Position numbers and translations under genes: made by a program
Notes under the pieces: generated by a model
Databases searched by the model: none
What the model saw: the letters and a program-made list of their open reading frames with translations, nothing else
Told to the model about the DNA's origin: nothing
Shown: piece by piece, positions 13,845 through 26,709 of the stretch
Position numbering within the stretch: the stretch's first letter is position 1
How the letters are laid out: every line of letters starts with the position of its first letter
Assembly (NCBI GenBank): GCA_964016885.1
Contig: OZ024750.1
Span: forward strand, 51,398,001 to 51,462,000
Source: Eledone cirrhosa
Lineage: Eukaryota
Length of the DNA: 64,000 nt
Reading direction: 5' to 3'

Positions 13845-14761
13845 TCTATATACTGTATATAAAACTGAGGATGTCTGTCTGTGTGTGTGTGAGTTTGAAT
13901 CCCTAAAACTCGAGAACCACCAAACCGACTGTTTTCAAACTTTACACATGTAATACTTACGTTTCAGGGAGTCAAAAGAAATGTCAAATGTTCAATGACC
14001 TAAGTACCACATTAGGCGATTTAGCGATCTCTCTCTATAATTCTTAGTCTTTCTCTTTTTAGATAGATACATACATATAACGTCGCGCCCTTATAATATC
14101 TGTCTGTATGTCTGGCTGTCTGCATTACGTCACTTCCCTGAGGATGTCTGTATATCTGTGTGTGTGTCTGGGAGTTTGAATCCCTAAAACTCGAGAAGTA
14201 CCCAACCGATATTTTTCAAACTTTACATGTGTATTGCTTATGTTTCAGGGAGTGTTAGGCACATAAAATTCAACTTTTTGATCTCCTAGGGCGCATTAGG
14301 TGAAAAACTACGTTTTTAAGGTTTTTAGGGCTTTTTTGATGCGTTACGTCAGACCTATTTCCTTGAAATTGTAACTATGTATTAGTCAGTCTCTTCTTCA
14401 TACCGTGAGCAAATAAAATCCAACGTTTTATGGCTTAGGGCCCGCATTAGGTGAAAAACTTCCTTTTTTCAGCTTTTGAGGGCTTTTTTGAGGCGTTACG
14501 TCTAACAGATTTTCCCGAAATTTTAAGGCATATTATGCACATAAAAAAATTCATTTTCTTGATCCCCTAGGGCCCGCATTAGGTGAAGACCTGCATTTTT
14601 CCTTCTTCATCGAGGAAAATCTTAAAGAGTATCCAGCAATCAGGGTATTCGGTTTATTTTCTTTACATATTGTCCAGGCATGTAGTTTTTCCACGATTAG
14701 TTCTGTGGCGGCCCGCCTTCCAAAATACCTTATCCCGTGCAACGCCGGGTACCACTGCTAG
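13845..14761 (+). mobile_element. Non-autonomous Helitron
   Basis: A|TCTATAT... 5' end; subterminal hairpin CCCG-TGCAACGC-CGGG at 14734-14749; CTAG|T 3' end at 14758-14762; internal duplication (13865-13970 vs 14138-14250) and tandem subrepeats at 14260-14600. Confidence 0.8.
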
Positions 14762-14763
<2 letters not shown>

Positions 14764-14845
<82 letters not shown>

Positions 14846-15055
14846 TAATATAAACATTTCACTATCCAGACAGCTTCCAAAAATAATGGTTGCATTTAAT
14901 AGGGTACGTCAAAATTATTTATAAAACTGTTTATATATTGTATTTTGTCTGATGAAGGCATACCATATTTTAATTTGGTATCCCTGAAATATGTATAATG
15001 AAATAAATATGGTTTTATAAATATAGTTTCCATTTATTAATATCGTATATATATG

Positions 15056-15086
<31 letters not shown>

Positions 15087-15122
15087 ATGTATGCATACAC
15101 ACATATATACATACATACATGC

Positions 15123-15192
<70 letters not shown>
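14764..15192. repeat. (TA)n/(TG)n microsatellite blocks around a short unique segment
   Basis: Seen directly. Confidence 0.9.
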
Positions 15193-15193
<1 letters not shown>

Positions 15194-15229
15194 GTTTGTG
15201 AATCCAATAATATTTTCTAAATATATATT

Positions 15230-15960
15230 TACTTTCATGAAACGTAAATTTGACAGCACTGTAAAGACAAAGTGCCGTTCCATTTTCGACAACTACAGTA
15301 CCTAACATTACGACTATGATATTAAGCTTATATAAATCATAGTATCTCACAGCCATAGCTAAAATTTACGTAGCTGATATATCTGCACTTTCATCAAGTA
15401 TGATAGATAACATTCGTGTTTTGCACATATCCATTATCACTGAGTTTTTTTTTTTCATGAAAGGCTACTCCATCTTGAATGACATACGAAAGTTTTGTTC
15501 TTTTCCATTGATAATATTCCAGCCATCTTATTGTCCGGAAATTCTCTCTTACATACTGTCAGAAGATGATCAATGTTTGTAAAGGGAATGTTATGTTCAG
15601 CAATGTTATATAGCCAACAATATGCAGTTCACTTTTGGCTCTTTGTTTACTCTCTGTTGACTTCTTTTTCGCCAAGAATTGAGTAATACCAATGCTAGAT
15701 TTAGCCACATCAAAACATTTCTTATGTTTCAAAGAAGTTTTGTGTTTCCTAATCATGGATTTTTTTTTTATTTTGTGTACGCGCGTATGTGTTTCACAGA
15801 GTAACGTTACAGCATTTACAATAGCTATTTTCTTATCTTGTAGCTAGTTTCTTTATCGTTTATTATCTTGTTGAAGCCAATCCTTAAATTCGGAGTCGTG
15901 CAGCCATTCTTTCTTGAATTACTGCACGTACTATTTCCATTTTTTTTAAAACTAATGGAA
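15230..15960 (-). pseudogene. Degenerate hAT transposase, N-terminal fragment (zinc finger plus first catalytic Asp region)
   Basis: YVQxFKKEWLHDSEFKDWL..SYCKCC; HKTSLKHKK..AKSELHIVGY; DHLLTVCKREFPD; ESADISYV..MAVRYYD..LGTVVVENGTALCLY (ORFs 15559-15756 and 15015-15356). Confidence 0.75.
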
Positions 15961-17159
15961 GCTTGCATTTCATCAGTTTATGATAGAAGGTGAATAATAT
16001 ATAATGCAGCAAAATAATAGCTACTGAAAAAAATAGGATCCGCCATACAGGAAAAATACCAATACTGAAATACAGGGATGTGAGGGTCGCGAGGCATAAT
16101 CCAGCTACTGAACTAAATTACAGCTGTCACTTGCAATCCTACTAGAAACAACGATCAAATCTCCATCGGATCCCATTCTATTATTTTAAAAGATAAAGGA
16201 CACATTGGTTCCCGACTGGGGTGTTCTGTTAGAAAAAAAAGTGGCAGGTGGTGGATAATATTACGGCCACCAGATATAATGGTTGGTTGCGATATAAATG
16301 GCCTCCTGCCGGAAGAATAACCCCAAACCAAATATTGGTAAACTAGTAGAGGAGATAAAGCAATGGATGACACAGTTATCTTACTGGAAAACTCTCACAA
16401 CGCAGCGGTTTAGTTTAGACGAGGCGATTAAAGGTTGCTTCTGAAAAAGCCTGCAATTGGTGGGTTTGAGTAAATTACCAAATTGGTGACTGGTGTGAAT
16501 AAGACCACCAAAGTCTGGTCAGTGGTCAGTAAGAGTTTATTTCGTTGGCACATTTCTTGTTATTGCTTAGACCCTGGTTATCCTCGATCGCGCAAACTAA
16601 AGGTGTTCTTGTATTGACATGACCAGGTTCTAAACATCAACAACTAACCGCTCGACCTTCTATAAATAACAACCAAATCTCCATCAAATCAATCCTACAA
16701 TGTCTGTTTAAGACACGAAAAAATATATAACATAGATAAAAAAACACTCCAAAATAGATAGAAAGTTTTGATCATAGGTCTACCCGGTTAGGATTGGCCT
16801 TGGGCTAAACACCAACATCAAATGCTATATATTTTATTGGTCTGGAGTGATAATTGACAAAATCATCCGATGTAGAATTGGAATTCAGAACGAAGTGTTG
16901 TTGTTGTTATTGCTCTTGATGTTACGATTGTTATTATCGCTATTGTTGTCATTGTTGTGGTAGTTACTGTTATTGCTATTGTTTTTGCTTTAAGTTAACC
17001 CTGATCAAACATAAGCCGTTCCAGTCATGATTATCCTTTCTTAATTGTAATCCTACTATAGTCAAGTCTACATCATCCAATGTATTACTCCTTTTTTACG
17101 ACTGTAGTATGTATTTCAAAATATATTTGGCTGCTATTTCTAACAGGTTAGAAACATTC

Positions 17160-18092
17160 CCAAATCCCGGACCACTCTTCTCTCGCTGTCCTTTTAACGT
17201 CTAAGAGGGTACTGTCGATACCCTCCTCGACTGCGCATCCCATGAGCCACCATAGCTTCAATCCTTTATAGTGTTTAATAGCAATGGCGTCAGTTTTGAA
17301 CAGCACCGGGATGGTGCTGAACTATCTAGCCCTTACCTAGTATTCTATGTCATTTTTTTATGCCTTTCAGTACAGCTTCGACTTCCGCCTGAGCAACTAG
17401 TTCCACTTTGTTGTGTGTGTGTGGGGGGGGGGGGGTCTACAACGAAATACATCGATAATACAATGTCGTCCTTTGTGTTGTTGCTATTGCTTCAGCCGTG
17501 GTGGTTAGGTTGGCCTTAATCAGCCTCCACGCCTTAGCTGCTGCTCCTTGTCCGAAATGTCCACTGTAAAAAGGTATTTGTCCTTGCAACCACAGCCTCG
17601 AACGACTTGCTGTTCACGTTGCTGTTGTTGCTGTGTTTGTTGCAGGGGTCACCTTAGTGCTATCGCCCTTCTTTTTCTTTTCGTTTGTTTTTGGTAATGT
17701 TGTTGTCGTCGTTGCTGTTGTCGGTAGTGTTGTAGTCATTATTGCAGTTGTTATTGTTGTTGTTGGGGGTGTTTTTACTTGTGTTGCTGTTGTTGTTGTT
17801 GGGGGTGCTGGTGTTGGGAGGGGCGGCGTCATTCGTCTCAACATTTGAGCTGCTGTCACGTGACAGCTTAATGAGAGGGGGCGTATACCGTCCATATTTT
17901 TTAAACGAAAAATGATTTGTAAAAACAAATTAAAGTTTAAATATTAGGGCCCAAACACCAAATATTATGGGTCGTCCTTCCACAGGGTAAAGACGGATGT
18001 CTTATGACGCCTTTGCAACAAAAAATGTCAATGAAATACAAATCTAAACAATTTAATTCAACAAACATATCGGAGTTCACACTTTGATCGCC
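17160..18092 (-). mobile_element. 5' fragment (5' UTR plus ORF1 N-terminus) of an L1/Tx1-like LINE related to the adjacent element
   Basis: Shares CAAGGAGCAGCAGCT (KEQQL) with ORF1 at ~22420; T/P-rich N-terminus (ORF 17614-17928); AQAEVEAVLKG..VLFKTDA resembles the neighbouring ORF1. Confidence 0.5.
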
Positions 18093-18185
18093 AATAATAA
18101 TAATAATTGTTTCTACTTTTTGCACAAGGCCAGCAATTACCCAGTACTTTATTTTATCGACCTTGTAAGTATGAAAGGCAAAGTT
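18093..18185 (-). mobile_element. 3' part of a tRNA-derived SINE, truncated at the LINE junction
   Basis: Matches the SINE copies at 27692 and 28884 (TTTCTAC..GCACAAGGCCAGCAATT..TTTATCGACC..ATGAAAGGCAAAGTT). Confidence 0.8.
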
Positions 18186-18425
18186 TCTTTATTGGCCATA
18201 AGGGCTAACATGAAGAAAAACATCACAGACGGCACAGAACGGTACAGGACAATACAAAGTGGGTTTTGGTCGTCTAAAAAGGTTATAACAAATTTAAAGA
18301 TTCAAACAACAAAAATTCCCCAATAGGGGGGGGGGGCACCTCTGAGGGTCGAAAACCACACAAAAGACCATGGACACCCTGACCACCTGGGCAAGCGCCC
18401 TCTCTCAGTTCACCCACTCCTCAGT

Positions 18426-21003
18426 TTACAGGCGCATACTCAGAGTGGGCCCGTTCACTTGGACCTGACTTGCCACTTTCATCCACCGTTCAACAAACTT
18501 ACTAGAAGACAGAACTTGCCTCTCCGCCCTGATTTCTTTCTTCAAATGAAATTTGAAAAAGTTAAACAGGGATTCGCAGAAGAGGAAAGTTTCCGTCTTC
18601 AATCCTTTCAACAATGTCCACTATACAATCTCTTTCGCCATGGCCACCAGGCGGATGAAAACTGCCTGCCTTTCCTCCTCCTTAATGGAGGACGACGGGG
18701 TTATCTGCACAATGGACTCTGTCGATAACCGGATCCGTCCTACACGTGACAGAAACTGTTCGACATAGTCCCACAAGTCAGCAATTCTCGGGCATTGAAC
18801 GAGTGCGTGCAGGACGGTTTCGTCGCCCTGCGGGTATCTTGGACAGGTTCGGCTGACGGCTCTTCCGTGCCTATAGAGCTTATCTCGAACCGTTGCCGGT
18901 TCGAGATAAGGGATTTCTCGAAGTTGTCCATAGGCCCCGGGCTTAAAATCCTCTTGAAGACAGCGAACAGCTGAACGTCTTCGACGCTGAGGGTCTCCTC
19001 CTCTATAGAATGCCCAGTCGTCCACCTAACGAGTGCTGACATCAGGTGGATCGTCTGACCATGGGTGCACGTCCCTTCCATAAAAAGCGGAAGAGGAGGC
19101 CCCTGGGGGTAAGGCACAACAGTTAGGCGGTAGCAGATGGCGGACGCGATGAACGCATTCGCCACCTCCGTCCGACATTTCAGGAACAGCTTCCTCTCGG
19201 CACATTTCTGGGTGAAAGAGGCCACCCTGCTCGTCACCTCGCTCCTGTTTTTCTCCATCTGGAGGTTCGTACCGAACCAGACCCCGAGCAATTTAATCGG
19301 TCGTTCGATCCAGTGCTCTACGACATTGTCAGACGGCATGGACTTGCCTCTCCAGGTGCCGAGCTGTAGGCCCACCGACTTTTCTTGCTTTAACTTTGCT
19401 CCTGTCACTGCTTCATATTCCTTGAGTGCAGTGGCGATCATCTGGACATGTCCGGTGCTTGACACCACCACGGTGACGTCGTCGGCGTAAGCCGATACGG
19501 ATCTCCCACATCCCAGTTCGCGTGGGACGCCTCTCATCGCCCGCAATTGGTGCAGTAACGGCTCGAGACCCAATACGTACAAGAGCGACGAGTGTGGACA
19601 ACCCTGGCGGACCGAGTGCATGATGTTGAACGGTTCCGAGCAGATGTCGCTGTGCATGGCAGAGATCCAGCCTCTCAAGACGGGCCCAAAGCCTTCAGGA
19701 CCGCCGCTAGATACCGATGGTCGACACTATCGAATGCTTTCGACTGATCTAAATTGATAAAGACCCTTCCCATGCCAGGCTGGTTAGCTACCCTCTCCAC
19801 GATATATCGCACGAGGTGGAGGTTGTCGTGGATGGATCTGTCCGGAATGGTGCATGTCTATGCCTCTCCTACCAGATCATTAACAAGCGCCGCTCTCTTT
19901 GCTAACACCGTGGCCAAAATCTTGAACTCTGTGTTGAGCAGAGTTATGGGCCTGAAGTTGTCTATAACGTCCCCCTTATTCGGGTCTTTTCTCAGCAGCG
20001 CCACCACTCCTCGCCTCACAAAACTGGGAATGTTCCCTTTCTGCTGCCAGTTGCAGTAGACATCTGCCAAGAGGTCGCCAAATAAGTATGGCTTGTACGC
20101 ATAAAACTCGTAGGGCAGACCATCCACACCTGGCGATTTTCCCTTCATGCAGTCAGACATCGCTTCCCGTATTTCCCCTGCTATAATCGGCTTTTCGTAG
20201 CACTGCGCTGCGGTCGTCGAGGGTCGCGCTAGTCAGTCGCTGTATGCACCAAAATCCCTACTCCGATGCGACCCACCGCTGCTCCCGAACAGTTGAACAA
20301 AGTGCTGCTGAAAAGCCGCATACATCTGCTCGGGTTCGAGCAACATGCGCCCGTTTTGGTCAGGCAAAGACCGAATTACTGATTTCTTGCCAGGTCGCGC
20401 CTCCACCACCCGGTCCCAATGGACGGCTTTTGTCCCCTCGTGTCTCAGAGCACGCGCTCCAGCTCTGACTATGGAGCCTTCATTCCTTGCGGTGAAGAAT
20501 TAGTCAAGTGCCAATCTCTCCGCAAGCACGTCGGTTGCGATGCCTTCCCGAAACGCCTTTTCTAGCTTTCTAACTAGCTCTCCCTCTACTCTATTTTCCT
20601 CTATCACTACACTTTTGCTAAACCTTAACGATTCCTTTCTAAAATCCCTTTTCAGAGTAAACCATCACCTGTTGTTGACGATCGCACGCTTAACTAATTC
20701 GCAAATCCGGTCTCTGTAATCTTTGCGCGCCGGGAACAACGCGTTTAGCTTCCAGAACCCCGACCCCTACCTATGGCGTCTATCTAAATCGACTTCACAG
20801 ATCACAAATGTGTGGTCCGTGTCTGAAAAAGGACAGTATATCCGCCCCACGCTCCCGGACGGCTGGGAGATGCGTATACATCGTAGCCGCTGAAGATCGG
20901 TGCGAAGGCTCGTGCTTCTGAAATTCTGGTCTCGTTCATGGCCCTGCTTCCAAGATGACCCCAGGCCACGTACATTTACACTACCTATTCTAACTACGGC
21001 CAT
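18426..21003 (-). pseudogene. LINE ORF2 (APE endonuclease plus reverse transcriptase), disrupted
   Basis: ORFs 20767-21039, 19858-20160, 18740-19678, 18621-19025 and 18426-18614 are consecutive pieces carrying RT motifs. Confidence 0.9.
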
Positions 21004-22794
21004 GTTGGGTGAGGAATGGGGTAAGTGAGAAAAGATCACCTACTTTAATCGTGTGGGGAAGGGACAGTCGACCGTCCCTTTGGCTGATCATCGGTGTCTC
21101 AAAGATAATATCCGTGTATATTCTCTTGGTAAGTGACCTTCTTAAGTCCCCAACTGCATTGGGGAATTTTTGTTTTAACTGTTTATAATGGTCCAGTTTA
21201 ATTTCGCCAATGTTTATATTTTTTGGTAATGTTCTTGGTGTTGGTGGAGTGTAGTGATTTTTGTCTGTAATGTATGTGTGCTGCTTTATATGTTCTATGA
21301 GTTCTTTATTTGCCATGTTTATGGCTGTGTAATGTTTCTTTTTTTTAGGGGTGGGGGTTGCTGTTTTCTTGTTGCTGCTGTTTGGTATGCGATGCTGGTG
21401 TTTGTGGTGATGCTGGTGGTGGTGTTGTAGTTGTTGGTGGTGATGCTTGTGGTCGTGATGGTGTTGGTGTTGCTGCAAGTCACCTTGCAGCCTTTACCCC
21501 TCTATGTTTGCCCTTGCTTTTGGAGGTCCAATCTAAGGGTTTTTTTCTTTTATTTTTGTGGCAGACCTTTTGCCACTCCACTCCCTCCTCACGTTCAATG
21601 TCGGATTCCGTGAGGTCTGGGAGGGGTATGAACCCCACGGTTATTGGTGGTGGTAGTGGAGCCCACTCCGGGGATTTTGTCGCCGGTGTAGGTATTGCAA
21701 CTGTAGCTACGGGTGTTGCCGCCACTGCTGCCGCTGTTTTAGTTGTCCGTGGCCTTGGTATGGGTGCCACGGACGTTGCCCTCATACTCATCGTGGAAGG
21801 CTCTGATGCCTCTGTTGCCTGTCCTGATCCTGATAGCAGCGGACCAGGCGTCGGAAGGAGCGGGACCTTCTCCTTTGCTGTCTTCTGTGGGCAAAAGGCC
21901 CTGAGGTGACCCTTCAACCCAGAGAGATAGCACTTTGGGTGCCTTCCTTCCACGCTTATGGGGAGTTGAACGCCACCTTTGATGTCTAAAATGTCCGGGA
22001 TAGCCTCGATACACTCCTGGTCGGTTTGGATTAGCATTTGCATACCTATGCCTGACCAGTTCTCCCTCCCTATTTTCTGCACTTGCAGCGTGGCCGCCCT
22101 ATCCTCGACTCCAGCGAGGACAGACGCGGTCAGATAAGATATGGGCACGTCGGGCGAGACCTGGGTCACTTTGACCCTCACAATCTTCTGCCCGCAGTAG
22201 GAGGGTACCAAAACTATCTCACTCTTTAGGGTTACTAAAGAGTGAGACTTCGCCTCTTGGCGGGTGGCAAAAATACGTCCACGGTGGCGTACTTTTTGCC
22301 TCGGGTGATGTGGGTTTTTGTGAGCCCTCACGCACCCCAAAGCCATTTGTATTTGAACCTCCGTGGCTCTCTCCACCCGATGTGATATTTTGCTTACAGT
22401 GCGGTAAGTCACCGTCCGCAGCTGCTGCTCCTTGAAAAAAATCGGGTGGATGTTTCAGGGAGACTCGATTGGCTTTTCTCGTCACTATGGCGACTGCCAT
22501 CTCCTCCTCCGTAACTATCACTGTCTCTATATGTTGAGCCACACCTGCAAAAGAAATGGTCCCTTTTTCAGTGGCAACATTGTTGCTGCCGCTACTGCTG
22601 CTACTGGTCTTGTTGGTGGTGATGTTGCTACTACTGGTGTTGGTGTTGTTGCTGCTGCTACTGTTGCTGTTATTGTTTTCAGAATTTTGGCTGTTCCATT
22701 CTATGGACAATCCGCCATTCTGTTTAGCGGACGCAATATTTTGCTCCGCCATCTTAATTTTCGTAGAAAGTTGAGGGTTGTGTTTCGAAATCAA
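20990..22794 (-). pseudogene. LINE ORF1 (gag-like, CCHC knuckle), frameshifted
   Basis: ORFs 22219-22794, 21480-22412 and 20990-21478. Confidence 0.75.
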
Positions 22795-22952
22795 ACACAG
22801 ATTTGTCCCCTAAGAGCTTCAAATGGTGCAACATGAAGGATACTGGCTTACTTAGCTTCAAAACGATATCAAAATTTCAATGCAAAATGTTGAATAAAAG
22901 TGAAAATAGAACAAACTTAGAGGAGCGAAGTGAACCACGTCTTGAAAGACTG

Positions 22953-25362
22953 AAGGAAAAGACAAAATACAAAACTTTTGGATAAATGCCTTCACAGAGT
23001 CTCATGAGCTGTTAGCCCAACTTTACAATGAAATAGTTAAGGAGCCAGAAAAGATACCTTCATGGCTAGTTAACGGCATTACATTCCTGCTTCCGAAGAA
23101 TGATGAGACAAACAATCCCAAAAATTACAGACCGATAACTTGCTTGACCACAATGTATAAAATTGTAACATCAGTCCTAACTGAATACACATATGACCAC
23201 CTGATAACAAATGACCTATTTCCCATTGAGCAGAAAGGGTGTAAACGAGGCTCATATGGCTGTAAGGATCAGCTTCTGGTTAACAAAATGATACTGGAAG
23301 ATTGTCATAATAGACACAAAAATCTATCGATTGCTTGGATAGATTATAAAAAAACATTTGATAGTTTGCCACACAGTTGGATTGAAAAATGTTTAGAGAT
23401 TTTCAAAGTATCCCCCGTTGTCAGGAGGTTTTTGTCATTCAGTATGAAGACATGGAAAACGACACTCCTTTTGAATAGTGAAACAAAATCACTGGAAGCT
23501 GGAGAAGTTAATATTAAATGTGGAATGTTTTAGGGTGACTCTTTATCACCGCTTTTATTCTGCATCGCACTTATACCATTAAGTAAAATGCTCAATGAAA
23601 CAAAACATGGATATAAAGTCTATGACAAAACCATTAATCACCTGTTCTACACGGATGACCTGAAACTATTTGCAAAAAATGATGAACAATTGCAAGGGCT
23701 ATTATCCACTGTGAAGCAGTTCAGTGATGACATTAAAATGGAGTTTGGACTAGATAAATGCGCCAAAGCAACGTTCACCAGAGGAAAGCTGCTGAAGAGT
23801 TCAGACATTAATCTTGATCGGGGGAACGCGATAAGAGAACTTGATCAAGAAAAAACTTACAAATATCTAGGTGTTTGTGAAGGAGACGGAATCAAGCACT
23901 CGACAATGAGGGAAAGGATAAGGAAGGAATGTTACCGCAGAGTAAGAGCAATCTTAAGAACGGAATTGAATGCAAGGAATAGGATCGATGCCATAAATAC
24001 GCTTGCCATACCAGTAGTAACCTACAGTTACAATGTCATCAACTGGTCAAGCACAGAGATCCGTAGGCTAGATACAAAAATTCGAAAATTCTTAACCATG
24101 CACAGAATGCATCACCCTAAGGCAGATATAGATAGAATATATCTCCCTAGGAAAGAAGGAGGACGTGGGTTAATCCAGTTAGACATTACGTTGAAAACTG
24201 CAACAATTGGATTATCTACATATCTAAGGGAATCACATGATTGGATGATCAAACTCGTTTTGAAACACGAAAGCATCAAAAGATCATATTCCATTACAAA
24301 AGATGCACAAAGATACAGTAATGGACTACAAATTTCAGAAGTCCCATTTACTGCTGAAATGGAAAACACAGAAAAAGCAAAGCAGGTAAAAGTAACTGCA
24401 AAGAAAGAACTGCTACAGAAACTGGCTAAGAAATGGCAAGAAAAGCCTCTGTATGGAAAATACCCAGAGCGAGCTAACAATCCTGATGTTGACAAAACTT
24501 TAAGCCATCAGTGGTTGGCATCCTCTGGACTGAAATCGGAGACTGAAGGACTGATTATATCGGCACAAGATCAGTGTCTGCCAACAAAAAATTACCAAGC
24601 CAAAATAATAAAAAATGGGTGCAGCCCATTATGCCGTGTATGCAAAAAACAACCAGAGACCATTGACCATATAATTTCAATGTGCAGTCCTATAGCTCCA
24701 ACCGAATACCTAAACAGGCATGACAGAGCTGCACAATACATACATTGGATAATGTGTAAGCATTTTGACCTGCCCCATCAAAAGAATTGGTGGGAGCATC
24801 AACCACCTCCCATACTTGAAAAAGATCACATCTCAATCTTGTGGAACTTTAGCATCCAAACAGACCGAAAAATAGATGCAAACAGACCTGATATAATATT
24901 GAAAGACTTTCAAAAGTGGGTATGCCTGCTAATTGATATGTCTGTTCCAATAGACAAGAATGTATCTATAAAAACATTTGAAAAATTGAGCAAGTATAAG
25001 GACCTGGAGATAGAAATTGGAAAAATGTGGAAATTGAGAACTAAAACAATATCAGTGGTTGTAGGCGCTCTGGGAATGATACCTAAGGGGTCTAATGATT
25101 ACATATCGCAAATCCCAGGAAACCCGCGTATAGGAGAAATACAAAAGATAGTATTAATGGGAACTGCCCATATACTAAGGAAGATTCTGTCAATATAAGT
25201 ACATCACAAGTCTAAACACTAAAGATGCATGTGTGAATATGTATGTTCTTTCTTGAACATGGCGGACCTTGTTGTCTCTTGAGGTCACTGGTTGTGACTT
25301 GGTGATAACTCGTATGAACATAAAGCAAGATAAATGCAACTGTAATAATAATAATAATAATA
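22953..25362 (+). mobile_element. R4/Dong-like RLE non-LTR retrotransposon, 5'-truncated, with (AAT)n tail
   Basis: NYRPITCL, EQKGC..GCKDQLL, WIDYKKTFDS, F*GDSLSPLLF (in-frame TAG at 23531), HLFYTDDLKL, GGRGL, CRVC..HIISMC, RHD, RPDII..IDMSVP..KLSKY (PD-D/ExK endonuclease); stop at 25198; (AAT)n at 25343-25362. Confidence 0.92.
23588..25198 (+). CDS. RT C-terminus, zinc finger and restriction-like endonuclease of an R4-clade retrotransposon (open 536 aa remnant)
   Basis: ORF track and motifs above; the active site reads YTDD and there is an upstream stop, so probably non-functional. Confidence 0.7.
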   Translation: MLNETKHGYKVYDKTINHLFYTDDLKLFAKNDEQLQGLLSTVKQFSDDIKMEFGLDKCAKATFTRGKLLKSSDINLDRGNAIRELDQEKTYKYLGVCEGDGIKHSTMRERIRKECYRRVRAILRTELNARNRIDAINTLAIPVVTYSYNVINWSSTEIRRLDTKIRKFLTMHRMHHPKADIDRIYLPRKEGGRGLIQLDITLKTATIGLSTYLRESHDWMIKLVLKHESIKRSYSITKDAQRYSNGLQISEVPFTAEMENTEKAKQVKVTAKKELLQKLAKKWQEKPLYGKYPERANNPDVDKTLSHQWLASSGLKSETEGLIISAQDQCLPTKNYQAKIIKNGCSPLCRVCKKQPETIDHIISMCSPIAPTEYLNRHDRAAQYIHWIMCKHFDLPHQKNWWEHQPPPILEKDHISILWNFSIQTDRKIDANRPDIILKDFQKWVCLLIDMSVPIDKNVSIKTFEKLSKYKDLEIEIGKMWKLRTKTISVVVGALGMIPKGSNDYISQIPGNPRIGEIQKIVLMGTAHILRKILSI

Positions 25363-26673
25363 AATTGACTCTGAGGAAGGATACAAGTATTTGGGCGTTC
25401 TGGAGGCTGATGACATCAAGAACAAAAAAAATGAAGGAATTGATAAGAACTGAATACCTTCGGAGAGTAAGGAGCGTATTAAAGTCACATCTGAACAGTA
25501 GGAATGCCATAAGTGCAGTAAATTCCCGAGCTGTGTCTATTATTAGGTACAGTGCGAGAATTCTGAGATGGAATGTTGCTGAACAAAAAGAAATGGATAG
25601 GAAGACTAGGAAGCTATTGACTATCTACAATATGTTACACAAGAGGAGTGATGTCGATAGACTCTACTTAAGGAGATCTGAGGGTGGAAGAGGTCTTATC
25701 AGCATAGAGGACTGTGTTCAGATGGAGAAAAACAACCTACACAAATACGTGACTGATAGTAAGGAGCCAATGCTCAGAACTGTACTGAAGGAGGGGACAA
25801 TAGGCCAGGGGATGTCCAAGGAGGAAATAACATCAAGGAAAAAGAGCAGCCTTCAGGAAAAATCCCTTCATAGTACCTTCTTTGAGAAAACTGAATTTAG
25901 AGATCCACAGACAGGGAACTGGTTGAAAAGAGGACACCTTAAAAAGGCTACAGAAGGAATGCTAATGGCTGCGCAGGAGCAGGCCCTCAAAACGAAGTGG
26001 TTGAAACACCACATTTACAAGGAGGAGGCTAGCCCACTGTGCAGGATCTGTGGAGAGAGAGAGGAGACTGTGGCTCACATTGTATCCGAGTGTAAACACC
26101 TAGCCCAGACTCACTATAAGGGCTGGAGACATGATGTGATGGGCAGGGTGATCCACTGGCACCTATGCAAAGTAAACAATTTACCACATTCTGAGAAGTG
26201 GTATGAGCATAAGCCAAAGGCGGTGATAGAAAACGATCAAGTGAAGGTGCTGTGGGATTTTAGGATACAGACGGACAAGAAACTGGAACACAATAGACCT
26301 GACCAGGTGGTTTCGGACAAAGAAAAAAGATCGTGCCTGATTGTGGATGTGGCCTGCCCATTCGACACGAGAGTGCAAGAGAAGGAGAGGGAGAAAATTA
26401 ACCGATACCAGGACTTAAAGTGGGAGGTAAAAAGGATTTGGAACTGCTATGAAGTCAAAGTGATCCCGATTGTCATAGGCGCACTAGGTACTATCTCAAA
26501 AAGTTTCCAGGGATGGTTAAAGAAAATTGGCCCCGCCACGCTTTTTGGAACGCATGCTTGCTGGGAACAGCAAGAACCCTCCGATACGTCCTGAATATCT
26601 GAGGCTGCGGGTAGTGGCTTGATATTCATTTCAACAAACTTTCCAGTTACCTAACATCAATGACTGAGACTCA

Positions 26674-26706
<33 letters not shown>
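25363..26706 (+). mobile_element. Second R4/Dong-like element (different family), 5'-truncated, directly after the first element's TAA tail
   Basis: EEGYKYLGVLE, GGRGL, CRIC..HIVSEC, WRHD, NRPD..VDVACP..KINRY; (AAT)n tail at 26674-26706. Confidence 0.9.

Positions 26707-26709
<3 letters not shown>

Larger units (their letters stand above)
18186..22952 (-). mobile_element. L1/Tx1-clade LINE, near full length but degenerate
   Basis: ORF1 pieces (22794-21480) with zinc knuckle CYLSGLKGHLRAFC. ORF2 begins MAVVRIGSVNVRGL (APE), then KSPGVDGLPYEFY, NFRPITLLN, SVRQGCP, SAYADDV and a C-terminal CPRY..ETVLHALVQC. AATAAA at the 3' end. Confidence 0.92.

Noticed and set aside
21358-22836. Plus-strand ORFs over the LINE ORF1 (183 aa, 134 aa)
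   Set aside because: Antisense shadows of the low-complexity ORF1 on the minus strand
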